DNA of 64,000 nt from the NCBI GenBank assembly GCA_964399285.1, contig CAYNQK010000001.1:90-64089 (forward strand), in the 5' to 3' direction. Under the pieces are notes generated by a model, which did not search any database, had not been told where the DNA came from, and saw only the letters and a program-made list of their open reading frames with translations. Position numbers and translations under genes: made by a program. The DNA is from an uncultured Spirochaetales bacterium. GTDB lineage: Bacteria > Spirochaetota > Spirochaetia > Treponematales > JBGSOB01. How positions within the stretch are numbered: position 1 is the stretch's first letter; every line of letters starts with the position of its first letter. Below, one piece after another: positions 1 through 8,381 of this stretch.

Positions 1-99
1 ACGGCGTCGCCCCCGGGAACGGCCTTCGACGCCTTGCCCGCTGATTGGGTCTGCCCGACTTGCGGCGCGACGAAGGACAACTTCTCCCCCGTCGATTGA
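1..99 (+). CDS. rubredoxin, C-terminal fragment (gene begins upstream of the window)
   Basis: Frame 1 reads [32 protein letters not shown]. This matches the rubredoxin LP-x-D-W-x-CP-x-CG second iron-binding knuckle. Stop TGA at 97-99. Confidence 0.75.
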   Translation, partial: TASPPGTAFDALPADWVCPTCGATKDNFSPVD

Positions 100-100
100 T

Positions 101-391
101 ATGGCCAAGATCGAGGATTACGCTTTCACCATCGGCTACGACGGCCCTCAGGCCGTCGTGGACTCGCGGGCCCAACGCGATAACGCGGGCCTCGGCGTAG
201 GGGGGCTGTTCGAGAAGGGGCTCTTCAGGGCGGCCTTCGCGACAGCGCTCAAGGCGGGCGACGATGCGGCGCTCAAGGACTTCATGGATCGGTACAACCG
301 GCTCTCGGGATCGTCATACAAGAGCCAGGACGAATTCTCGCGCTTGTTCGGCGTTTTCCCGGCCGACGAGGGCAAGGCGAAGCGCTTCTAG
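101..391 (+). CDS. hypothetical 96-aa protein, 1 nt downstream of rubredoxin
   Basis: ATG ORF one nt after the rubredoxin stop, followed by a hairpin plus T-tract terminator. No family recognised. Confidence 0.5.
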   Translation: MAKIEDYAFTIGYDGPQAVVDSRAQRDNAGLGVGGLFEKGLFRAAFATALKAGDDAALKDFMDRYNRLSGSSYKSQDEFSRLFGVFPADEGKAKRF

Positions 392-1236
392 CCGGTCCGA
401 TTTCGCGCATTCACGGGACGCGAGGCGCCCTTCCGCGAGGGAGGGCGCCTTTTTTCTTCCACGCCGCCATTTCCCTCGCCGCGTAACGGAATCCTCGAGA
501 ACAGCACCGCCGCGGCCTGGGCCACGTTGAGCGAGTCCATCTTCCCCGCGCCCGGAATGCTCACGAAGCGCTCGCATACGGAGCGCATCTCCCTCGTCAA
601 TCCCGATTCCTCGTTGCCGAGGACCAGCCCCCATCCCTCCGGTCCCGAGGGAAGGGCGCCCGGGCCGCCGAGCGGAGCGCCGCCGCGGGAATCCGACCCC
701 ACGAGCTTGAAACCGCTCCCCTTGAATAAGCGAACGGGATCGGCGGTCGAGTAAAACTCGACGCGCTCCATGCCTCCCTCGGCGACGCGGTACGCGGATG
801 TGGTGATGGAAGCGGATCCCTCGCCGCAGAGCAGGATCGTCCGGACGCCGAAAAAGGCGGCGCTCCTCGCGATGGCCCCGAGGTTATGGTCGTTCCCGAC
901 GTCCTCGAGGACGCAGACCCGCTCTCCCGTTCGCTTCCATCGGTCGAGCGTCTCGGCCGTCGCCTCGCCGACGATCGGGGGATCGCACATCGCGACGACG
1001 CCCTGATGGCGCAGGGATTTGCTGAGCCGCTCGAGTTCCTCGTTCTCCGCGACCTTGTAGGGCCGATGATCGGCCGCGAGGCGCTTGCAGGCGGCCCCGA
1101 AGGCCGGCGCGCGTTCGGCGGAGAGGAACAGCCTCCTCACGCGCTCGGGATGCGCCTCGCAGAGAGCCGATACGGCGTTGAATCCGCAAACGCAGAGCTC
1201 TCCCGTCTTCCTGTTCTTCACGGCGGGAGCATACAC
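388..1236 (-). CDS. SpoU/TrmH-family RNA 2'-O-methyltransferase
   Basis: Motifs GNDHNLGAIARSAAFFG, LVLGNEESGLT and IPGAGKMDSLNVAQAAAVLF are typical SPOUT class motifs. GTG start. The basic C-terminal tail overlaps the convergent terminator. Confidence 0.85.
   Translation of the reverse strand: MYAPAVKNRKTGELCVCGFNAVSALCEAHPERVRRLFLSAERAPAFGAACKRLAADHRPYKVAENEELERLSKSLRHQGVVAMCDPPIVGEATAETLDRWKRTGERVCVLEDVGNDHNLGAIARSAAFFGVRTILLCGEGSASITTSAYRVAEGGMERVEFYSTADPVRLFKGSGFKLVGSDSRGGAPLGGPGALPSGPEGWGLVLGNEESGLTREMRSVCERFVSIPGAGKMDSLNVAQAAAVLFSRIPLRGEGNGGVEEKRRPPSRKGASRPVNARNRTG
424..455 (+). terminator. rho-independent terminator of the rubredoxin/96-aa unit
   Basis: GGCGCCCT (424-431), 10-nt loop, AGGGCGCC (442-449), then TTTTTT (450-455). 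It lies inside the 3' end of the convergent TrmH-family ORF. Confidence 0.6.
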
Positions 1237-1278
1237 CCCGCGTCGCCGAGGAGCAAGCGGCGCAGCGCCGCGAATGGT

Positions 1279-2424
1279 TCACCGCTTCTCGGGCATGGCG
1301 AGAGCGTAGTACTTCGGCGGGACCTCGACCTTGGCGGCGGGAAGGATGCCGCGGCCCAGGACGTACAGGTCCTCCGTGAAAAGGAAATGGTTCCTCGACG
1401 GTACGAGGGTATCGGGATCGGGCCGCGGCTCGAGCCTGAATTTCACGCCGCCGGTTTCCGCCGCGGCCTTATCTCGGATCAGGTCGGGGTCCGTGACGCG
1501 GATTTTCCTGGATAGGGCGTCTTGCGCGAGCGAGACGGCCGTCCTCAAGAGGACCCAATCCGCGGGATATTGCCATACCCCGTATTTCCCCGCCGCCCCC
1601 GCCTCGATCGCGTTCTTTTCCGCGATCTTCACGAGCTGGGGATATCCGCCCGCGTTCAGCGCCGCCGAGAACCCGAGGATCTCGGGGTAGTCGATCCGTA
1701 TCGACGGCGAAACCTGCTCGAGGTAATACCCTCCGCCTGAAGCCAGGGCCTTGAGGAGGGCGACGCGTTCCTTCCCGTTCCCCGCCCAGAGAAGTACCTT
1801 GCCTCCCGCGGCCGCGAGGCGCGACGCGAGGAAAGCGGCCTTGTCAGTTTTTTCCGGAAATTCCTGGAAGGAGATGGCTGAATCGGCGGCTACCGCCATG
1901 AGGACCTGCTTGAAGGCCCTGCGCCCGTCGGAGCCCTCCGGTTTCGAATCCGGATAGAAGACGATCTCCCTGACGCCGTATTGAGCCGCGCGGCGGGCGA
2001 GCCCCGCGGCGCGGCCGACCCAGTCCATGTCGAGCACGAGGGACGCCGCGGCCTCTATGTCCAGCGACGGCCCCTCGGGGCATATCGAGATGAGAATCAA
2101 GTCGGGCGAAGCCTGACGGAGGTTCCGGAATCCCAGCGCGGCGTTCGATCCGTGGACCACCACCGCCCTGGCTTTATGAGCCGTTACGAGCGAAACGAGC
2201 CGTTCCGAGAGCGCCGAGCCCGAGGCCAGGACCGTTTCCTCGAGGACTATATGCCTCATCGCGCCGTCCGGCGCTTTCTTAGCGAGCGCCGCCGCGGCCG
2301 ACCAGGCATCGGGAACGGCTTTCTCCGCGCCCGTGATCACGATCACGTCCGCCTTCTGGGCGAAGGCCGAAGCCGCGGCCATGGCGATCATCATGAAATA
2401 ACTGACGGCTTTGGTGCTGCGCAT
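1279..2424 (-). CDS. secreted periplasmic-binding-protein-like protein (possibly DUF3798-like)
   Basis: N-terminal signal peptide MRSTKAVSYFMMIAMAAASAFA-QK. Alternating beta-alpha pattern resembles PBP folds. The family call is from memory only. Confidence 0.5.
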   Translation of the reverse strand: MRSTKAVSYFMMIAMAAASAFAQKADVIVITGAEKAVPDAWSAAAALAKKAPDGAMRHIVLEETVLASGSALSERLVSLVTAHKARAVVVHGSNAALGFRNLRQASPDLILISICPEGPSLDIEAAASLVLDMDWVGRAAGLARRAAQYGVREIVFYPDSKPEGSDGRRAFKQVLMAVAADSAISFQEFPEKTDKAAFLASRLAAAGGKVLLWAGNGKERVALLKALASGGGYYLEQVSPSIRIDYPEILGFSAALNAGGYPQLVKIAEKNAIEAGAAGKYGVWQYPADWVLLRTAVSLAQDALSRKIRVTDPDLIRDKAAAETGGVKFRLEPRPDPDTLVPSRNHFLFTEDLYVLGRGILPAAKVEVPPKYYALAMPEKR

Positions 2425-2517
2425 ACGGCGATTGTATAGAAGGAGGGAGAATCGTCAAGGAGCCTCGGGCCTCCGTTAGGCCGCGTATCGGCCGGAACGG
2501 AGGCCCGAAGGCGTACG

Positions 2518-3687
2518 TCAGCCTATGGCCTTCATGAGGGCCTTGGCCTTGTCCGTCTTCTCCCAGGAGAAATGATCGCGGCCGAAATGGCCGTAGGAAG
2601 CGGTTTTCTGATATACGGGCTTCTTGAGGTCCAGGGTCTTGATGATGCCCGCGGGGCTCATGTCGAAGACCTTCCTTATGCCCGCGACGATCTCCGCGTC
2701 GGGAACCTTGCCGGTACCGAAGGTCTCGGCCATGATCGATACGGGGAAGGGGACGCCGATGGCGTAGGCGAGCTGGACCTCGCAGCGTTCGGCCAGGCCC
2801 GCGGCCACCACGTTCTTGGCGATGTACCGGGCCATGTACGCGCCTGAGCGGTCGACCTTGGAGGGGTCCTTGCCGGAGAAGGCCCCGCCGCCGCGCCGGC
2901 CCCTGCCGCCGGAGCGGTCCCCGATGAGCCTCCTGCCCGTGAGGCCGGTATTGCCCGCGGGGCCGCCGATGACGAAGCGCCCCGTCGGGTTGATGAAGAA
3001 CCGGGTTTTCTTGTCCAGGAGGCCCGTGCCCTCGAAGACCGGCTTGATGATCCGGGAAATGATCTCGTCCTTGAGCTTCGCGTACTTCACGTCGGGATCG
3101 TGCTGGTGCGAGACGACGACGGCGTCCACCCGCACGGGCCGGTGGCCGTCGTACTCGACGGTGACCTGGCTCTTGGAGTCCGGGCGAAGCCAGGGAATCT
3201 CGCCGCTCTTCCTGAGCTCGGTGGCCTTGAGGAGGAGCTTATGGGCGAACATGATGGGCGCGGGCATGAGCTCGGGCGTCTCCGTGCAGGCGAAGCCGAA
3301 CATCATGCCCTGATCGCCGGCCCCCTGCTTGCCCTGGTATTCCTTGAGGCCGTGGCCCTCGACGCCCTGGTTGATGTCCTGGGACTGGGAGTGGATGGTG
3401 TTGAGGACGGCCATGGACTCGTAGTCGATCCCGTAATCCGGGTTCGTGTAGCCTATGTCCTTGACCACGGCGCGGGCGAGCTCCTGGATGTCCACGTAGG
3501 TGTCCGTGGTGATCTCGCCCCCGATGAGGATCATGCCCGTGGTAGCGAAGCACTCGCAGGCCACGTGGCTGTGCTTGTCGTCCTTGAGGCAGGCGTCCAG
3601 GACCGCGTCGGAGACTTGGTCGCAGAGCTTGTCGGGATGCCCCTCGCCGACGGATTCTGACGTGAAGAATTGGCGCTCGCTGCTCAT
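2518..3687 (-). CDS. metK: S-adenosylmethionine synthetase
   Basis: [35 protein letters not shown] and [28 protein letters not shown] upstream. Starts 19 nt after the ahcY stop. Confidence 0.95.
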   Translation of the reverse strand: [389 protein letters not shown]

Positions 3688-3706
3688 GATAGATAGACTC
3701 CCTTTC

Positions 3707-5146
3707 TCAGTATCGGTATCCGTCGGGCTTATACGGCCCGGACGCGTCGATTCCCAGGTAGGACGCCTGCTCGGGCGTCAGCTTCGTGAGCGCGGCGCCG
3801 ATCTTGGAGAGATGAAGGCGCGCCACTTCCTCGTCGAGCTCCTTGGGGAGGACCTCGACCGTCGGTGAGGCGGAGGCGCGTTCCTTCCAGAGCTTGATCT
3901 GCGCGAGGACCTGATTAGTGAAGCTGTTGGACATGACGAAGGAGGGATGCCCCGTCGCGCAGCCCAGGTTCACGAGCCTGCCCTCCGCGAGGAGGATGAT
4001 CTCATGGCCGTCGGGGAAGCGGAAGACGTCCACCTGCGGTTTCACCTGCGTCCTCTGCACGCCGGGATAGGCGCGGAGGCCCGCGACGTCGATCTCGTGG
4101 TCGAAGTGGCCGATGTTGCAGACGATCGCCTGGTCCTTCATCTTGGCCATGTGGTCCTTGGTGATCACGTCGACGCAGCCGGTCGCGGTGACGTAGATGT
4201 CGCCGATCGGCAGGACGTCCTCAATGCGGGACACCTGGTAGCCCTCCATGGCGGCCTGGAGCGCGCAGATGGGATCTATCTCTGTTACGACCACGCGGGC
4301 TCCCTGGCCGCGGAGGGATTGGGCGCAGCCCTTGCCCACGTCGCCGAAACCGCAGACCACCGCGACCTTGCCGGCCGTCATGACGTCCGTCGCCCGCTTG
4401 ATGCCGTCTATGAGCGACTCGCGGCAGCCGTAAAGATTGTCGAATTTACTCTTGGTCACCGAGTCGTTGACGTTGACGGCGTGGACGAGGAGCTTGCCTT
4501 CCTTGGCCATGCGGTAGAGCCGGTGGACTCCGGTGGTCGTCTCCTCGGAGACGCCCTTCCAGGTCTTCACGGCGCGCTGCCAGCGCGTGGGGTCTTTCTT
4601 GAGCACGGCCTTGAGATGCTTCACGAGCGCGACTTCGTCCTCGGAGCCCGCGGGCCGATCGAGAACCGACGGATCCTTCTCGGCCTCGTAGCCCAGGTGG
4701 ATCATGAGGGTCGCGTCGCCGCCGTCGTCCACGATGAGGTCGGGGCCCGCGGGTCCCTCGGATCCGCCGGGGAACGCGAGGGCCTGGTCGAGGAGTTCCC
4801 AGTACTCATCGAGGGATTCGCCTTTCCACGCGAAAACCGGCACGCCGCGCGGCGCGGCCGCGCTCCCGCCCCTGCCTACCGCCACCGCGGCGGCGGCGTG
4901 GTCCTGTGTGGAGAAAATATTACAGCTCGACCAGCGGACCTCAGCCCCCAGATCCACGAGGGTCTCGATGAGGACGGCCGTCTGGATGGTCATGTGGAGG
5001 CTGCCCGAGATCCGCGCGCCGCGGAGCGGTTTCTCGGTCCCGTACCGCTCGCGGGCGGCCATGAGGCCGGGCATTTCCTTCTCGGCGAGCTTGATTTCCA
5101 TGCGGCCCCATTCGGCGAGGCCTATGTCCTTGATCTTGTATTCCAT
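3707..5146 (-). CDS. ahcY: adenosylhomocysteinase
   Basis: Full-length SAHH-like sequence with NAD site [10 protein letters not shown], plus HFDHEID and the C-terminal [10 protein letters not shown]. Confidence 0.95.
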   Translation of the reverse strand: MEYKIKDIGLAEWGRMEIKLAEKEMPGLMAARERYGTEKPLRGARISGSLHMTIQTAVLIETLVDLGAEVRWSSCNIFSTQDHAAAAVAVGRGGSAAAPRGVPVFAWKGESLDEYWELLDQALAFPGGSEGPAGPDLIVDDGGDATLMIHLGYEAEKDPSVLDRPAGSEDEVALVKHLKAVLKKDPTRWQRAVKTWKGVSEETTTGVHRLYRMAKEGKLLVHAVNVNDSVTKSKFDNLYGCRESLIDGIKRATDVMTAGKVAVVCGFGDVGKGCAQSLRGQGARVVVTEIDPICALQAAMEGYQVSRIEDVLPIGDIYVTATGCVDVITKDHMAKMKDQAIVCNIGHFDHEIDVAGLRAYPGVQRTQVKPQVDVFRFPDGHEIILLAEGRLVNLGCATGHPSFVMSNSFTNQVLAQIKLWKERASASPTVEVLPKELDEEVARLHLSKIGAALTKLTPEQASYLGIDASGPYKPDGYRY

Positions 5147-5215
5147 GTCGACTCCGATGGACCAATGTACGCTTTCTGCCTTTCCATTTGCAAGCCTGAA
5201 AGCCGGACTAGACGA

Positions 5216-5632
5216 TTAGCCTGTCATGAAACGGAGGACGAGGCCGACGATTCCCGCCGCCATGCCAGCCGCCCCCGCCCAGGCTCCGGGCAGAAGGACG
5301 GCGGACGCGAAGGCCGCGGCGAGGGCCCAACAGACGATCTCTCCGGCCAATATGACGGCATACGCGATTGATGCCCATCGTTTCTCGCCGAAAGCCGAGG
5401 CGATGCGACAGAGCGCGAACGCGATCGATGACAGGTATAGAATGGAGGCCGGCACCGTCGCGTCGTCGTTCAGGAACAGGAGGGCGGTTTCGAACCCATT
5501 GAAGGCCTCGTAGCCCTTGAAAGACGGTAGAAAGACCGCGAAGGCCGAGAAGAGCGCTCCGCCCAGTCCGATACGCCGCCCGAGAATGTCCTTATCAATC
5601 GTAACGCCCGATAGCCTGTCCACGTAATACAT
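5216..5632 (-). CDS. small multi-pass membrane protein (hypothetical)
   Basis: About four hydrophobic segments. Start taken at ATG 5632 (MYYVDRLS) rather than ORF-track 5710, which would overlap the glpK start. Confidence 0.5.
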   Translation of the reverse strand: MYYVDRLSGVTIDKDILGRRIGLGGALFSAFAVFLPSFKGYEAFNGFETALLFLNDDATVPASILYLSSIAFALCRIASAFGEKRWASIAYAVILAGEIVCWALAAAFASAVLLPGAWAGAAGMAAGIVGLVLRFMTG

Positions 5633-5692
5633 ACTATAGCCCCCTCGATCCCGGCTCAAGGACGGAATTCGGCCCCCATGGACGACGGCCCG

Positions 5693-5701
5693 TGATAAAA
5701 T
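5693..5701 (+). promoter_or_regulatory. extended -10 element (TGaTAAAAT) 7 nt upstream of the glpK ATG
   Basis: TG 5693-5694 and TAAAAT 5696-5701, then ccgctcc, then ATG 5709. No SD in between. Confidence 0.4.
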
Positions 5702-5708
5702 CCGCTCC

Positions 5709-7229
5709 ATGAGCGCGACGGGAAGCGGAAGCTACGTCCTCGCCCTCGATCAGGGGACCACCACCTCGAGGGCCATCGTCTTCAATCGGTCGGGAACGCC
5801 CATCGCCCTGTCGCAGAAACCCTTCAGGCAGATCTATCCGCGTCCGGGCTGGGTGGAGCACGATCCCGAGGACATCTGGCTCACGCAGATCGGGGCCGCA
5901 CGGGACGCGATCTCCCAGGCCCAGATCAAGCCCTCCCAGATCGAATCGATCGGCGTCACGAATCAACGCGAGACGACCCTGCTCTGGGATCGGCGCACCG
6001 GCGAGCCGGTCTCGAACGCCATCGTCTGGCAATGCAGGAGATCCGAGGGCGTCTGCTCCGAACTCAGGGAACGGGGCCTCGAGCCCGTATTCAGGAAAAA
6101 GACCGGTCTCCTCCTCGATCCGTATTTCTCGGGCACCAAGCTCGCCTGGATTTTCCGGGAGGATCCCGCCCTCCTGGAGCGGGCGCGCAAGGGAGAGATC
6201 GCCTTCGGGACCGTCGATTCCTGGATCATGTATCGCCTCACGGGCGCCCACCTCTGCGACGCCACCAACGCGAGCCGCACACTCCTCTTCGACATCCGCT
6301 CGCGCGCCTGGGACGACGAGCTCCTCTCGATCCTCGGCGTTCCGCGAACAGTCCTCCCGGAGGTCAGGCCCTCCTCCGGGGACTTCGGCGAGACGAAGCC
6401 GGAGCATTTCGGTTCTCCGGTGCCGATCCGCGGCTGCGCGGGCGACCAGCAGGCGGCGCTCTTCGGCCAGTGCTGCTACTCCGAGGGCGGCGTCAAGAAC
6501 ACCTACGGCACGGGCTGCTTCGCCCTCATGAACACGGGCGCGACGCCCATCGACTCGAAGAACGGACTTCTCGCCACCCTCGCCTGGGACCTGGGAGGCG
6601 CGGCGGGCGCGTCCAATTCAGTCGCGTACGCCCTCGAGGGATCGGTGTTCATGGGCGGCGCCGTCATCCAATGGCTGCGGGACGAACTCGGGGTAATCAA
6701 AGACGCCGCGGAATCGGAATCCCTCGCGGTCTCGGTGAAGGACTCCGGCGGCGTCTACATCGTACCGGCCTTCACGGGCATGGGCGCGCCCCACTGGGAC
6801 GCCCGCGCGAGGGGCGCCGTCCTCGGGCTCACGCGCGGATCGGGCAAGGCCGCGCTCTGCCGGGCCGCCCTCGAATCCATCGCCTACCAGTCCGCGGACC
6901 TCATCTCCGCCATGGAAGCCGACTCCGGCCTCCGGGTCGATTCGATCAAGGCCGACGGCGGCGCCTCGCAGAACTCCTTCCTCATGCAGTTCCAGGCCGA
7001 CCTTCTCGGGAAACCCGTCATCGTGCCCGAGACGAGCGAGACGACGGCCCTCGGCGCCGCGTATCTCGCGGGCCTCGAGAGCGGATACTGGTCCTCGCTT
7101 GCGGACATCAAGGACAATTGGAAGGCGCGCAGGCGCTTCGAACCCGAGTTCTCGGACGATAAGCGCGCGGACCTGTCCCGCGGCTGGTCCCGCGCGGTCG
7201 CGTCGACGCTCGGCTACAAGCCCGAATAG
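5709..7229 (+). CDS. glpK: glycerol kinase
   Basis: YVLALDQGTTTSRAIVF, NQRETTLLWD and GCAGDQQAALFGQ. Full-length FGGY kinase. Confidence 0.95.
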   Translation: MSATGSGSYVLALDQGTTTSRAIVFNRSGTPIALSQKPFRQIYPRPGWVEHDPEDIWLTQIGAARDAISQAQIKPSQIESIGVTNQRETTLLWDRRTGEPVSNAIVWQCRRSEGVCSELRERGLEPVFRKKTGLLLDPYFSGTKLAWIFREDPALLERARKGEIAFGTVDSWIMYRLTGAHLCDATNASRTLLFDIRSRAWDDELLSILGVPRTVLPEVRPSSGDFGETKPEHFGSPVPIRGCAGDQQAALFGQCCYSEGGVKNTYGTGCFALMNTGATPIDSKNGLLATLAWDLGGAAGASNSVAYALEGSVFMGGAVIQWLRDELGVIKDAAESESLAVSVKDSGGVYIVPAFTGMGAPHWDARARGAVLGLTRGSGKAALCRAALESIAYQSADLISAMEADSGLRVDSIKADGGASQNSFLMQFQADLLGKPVIVPETSETTALGAAYLAGLESGYWSSLADIKDNWKARRRFEPEFSDDKRADLSRGWSRAVASTLGYKPE

Positions 7230-7241
7230 GCGATCTCCGCC

Positions 7242-8150
7242 TCACTCCATTCCGTTGGATTCCTCGGAAGAATAGAAGTACTCCATGAGGCCGTCCCGCT
7301 CGCCGAGGCGGTCCGCCTCCAAGAGGCGGGAAATCGCCTCCTCCCGCTCCTCGAGCGCCCTCGCCTCCAGGGCCCTGAGGCGCTCCATGGCGCCGGACCG
7401 ATCGAGCAGCGTCTTCACCTCTGAAAAGATCCGCTCATCCCCGTCGAGGAGGACGCTTTCCCGCAGGGCCTTGCAGGCCGCCATCCGCTTCAGCGAATCG
7501 AAGGCGGCCTGCTCCCTCACTTTCGAGAAGCGCTTCACCGCGAAATCGATTTCCTGTCCCTCCGCGGAACTCTCGATGAGACGCGCGTTCTCCTCGCGGA
7601 TCGCGCGCTCGAGCGCCTCCACGTACGCGTCGGGCGCGCCGTCCTCGGTCACGGCGATGATATCGATGTCGGATCCGCTAACCGCTCGGTTCGATCCGCG
7701 CGCCGACCGCGGATCGTCGTGCGCCATGCAATAGACCACGTCGCCCGCTAGGACGAAGGACGTGCTGGAAGCCTTTCCGTACGATTCCGCCACGGCGACG
7801 ATGATCCTGGCCACCGCCGATTCCGCGACTCGTTTCTTCCGCTCGGAAATATCGGCGTAGCGAGCGCGCATCTCCCGCGCCTTCGTGAGCGCGGACTCCC
7901 GCTGGCTCTCCAGGGAGACGACGGAGTACGCGAGGAATTCCCTCAGAACGGACGGCGACAGGCGGGCTCCGGAGGGAAAGCGCCCATCGATCCTGAGATA
8001 CTTCCTTCCGATGGCCGTGACGATGAGCGATTCATCCGAATGGCAGGATTTCCATAGAGCGAAGGGGTCTCCGCCGAGGGCGGCATGGAGCTCGGCCCCG
8101 CTGAGCGGACCGCGCTCGGAAATTACTTCGAAGACGCGGTTCGGAAGCAT
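7242..8150 (-). CDS. hypothetical protein with Pol-beta-type nucleotidyltransferase-like motif
   Basis: The GSDIDIIAVTEDG motif resembles the G-S-x-D-x-D NTase signature. The N-terminus looks like a winged helix. No confident family. Confidence 0.45.
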   Translation of the reverse strand: MLPNRVFEVISERGPLSGAELHAALGGDPFALWKSCHSDESLIVTAIGRKYLRIDGRFPSGARLSPSVLREFLAYSVVSLESQRESALTKAREMRARYADISERKKRVAESAVARIIVAVAESYGKASSTSFVLAGDVVYCMAHDDPRSARGSNRAVSGSDIDIIAVTEDGAPDAYVEALERAIREENARLIESSAEGQEIDFAVKRFSKVREQAAFDSLKRMAACKALRESVLLDGDERIFSEVKTLLDRSGAMERLRALEARALEEREEAISRLLEADRLGERDGLMEYFYSSEESNGME

Positions 8151-8381
8151 TATCGGGCAGTCTCCCGGCGCTCCGGGCCGGAGCGGAATCCGAGGAGCCG
8201 TTCGGCGCTTTCCGATGGATCGATGCGCTCTCCGCGGTCGAGGCTATCCTTGACGGACAAACTTTACCCCCATACAATCGCGCTGGAACAGTCCCGTTTT
8301 CGCGTCAACGCGGGAAATTCTACACCCGCCGACACCATTTGTCAAAAGCCGCGCGTTCGCCCTTCTGGGCGAGGAGGTACC

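Noticed and set aside
2881-2958. Compensating double frameshift as the explanation for the aberrant MetK loop.
   Set aside because: Translating the other two frames of this segment gives RAGGSSGTAPAAGAGAAAG and [19 protein letters not shown]. Neither resembles the canonical [15 protein letters not shown], so the divergence is at the substitution level.
5147-5215. SAH riboswitch upstream of ahcY, or SAM riboswitch upstream of metK.
   Set aside because: The ahcY leader is only 69 nt and lacks the conserved SAH-element strings as I remember them. metK starts 19 nt after ahcY. Both genes look cotranscribed with the upstream membrane-protein gene.
8085-8381. Long N-terminal extension of the DUF4954-like ORF (start at 8085).
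   Set aside because: It overlaps the divergent gene's 5' end and is Arg/Ser/Pro-rich. A GTG at 8382 with a perfect GAGGAGG SD, or the ATG at 8400, gives a sensible start.
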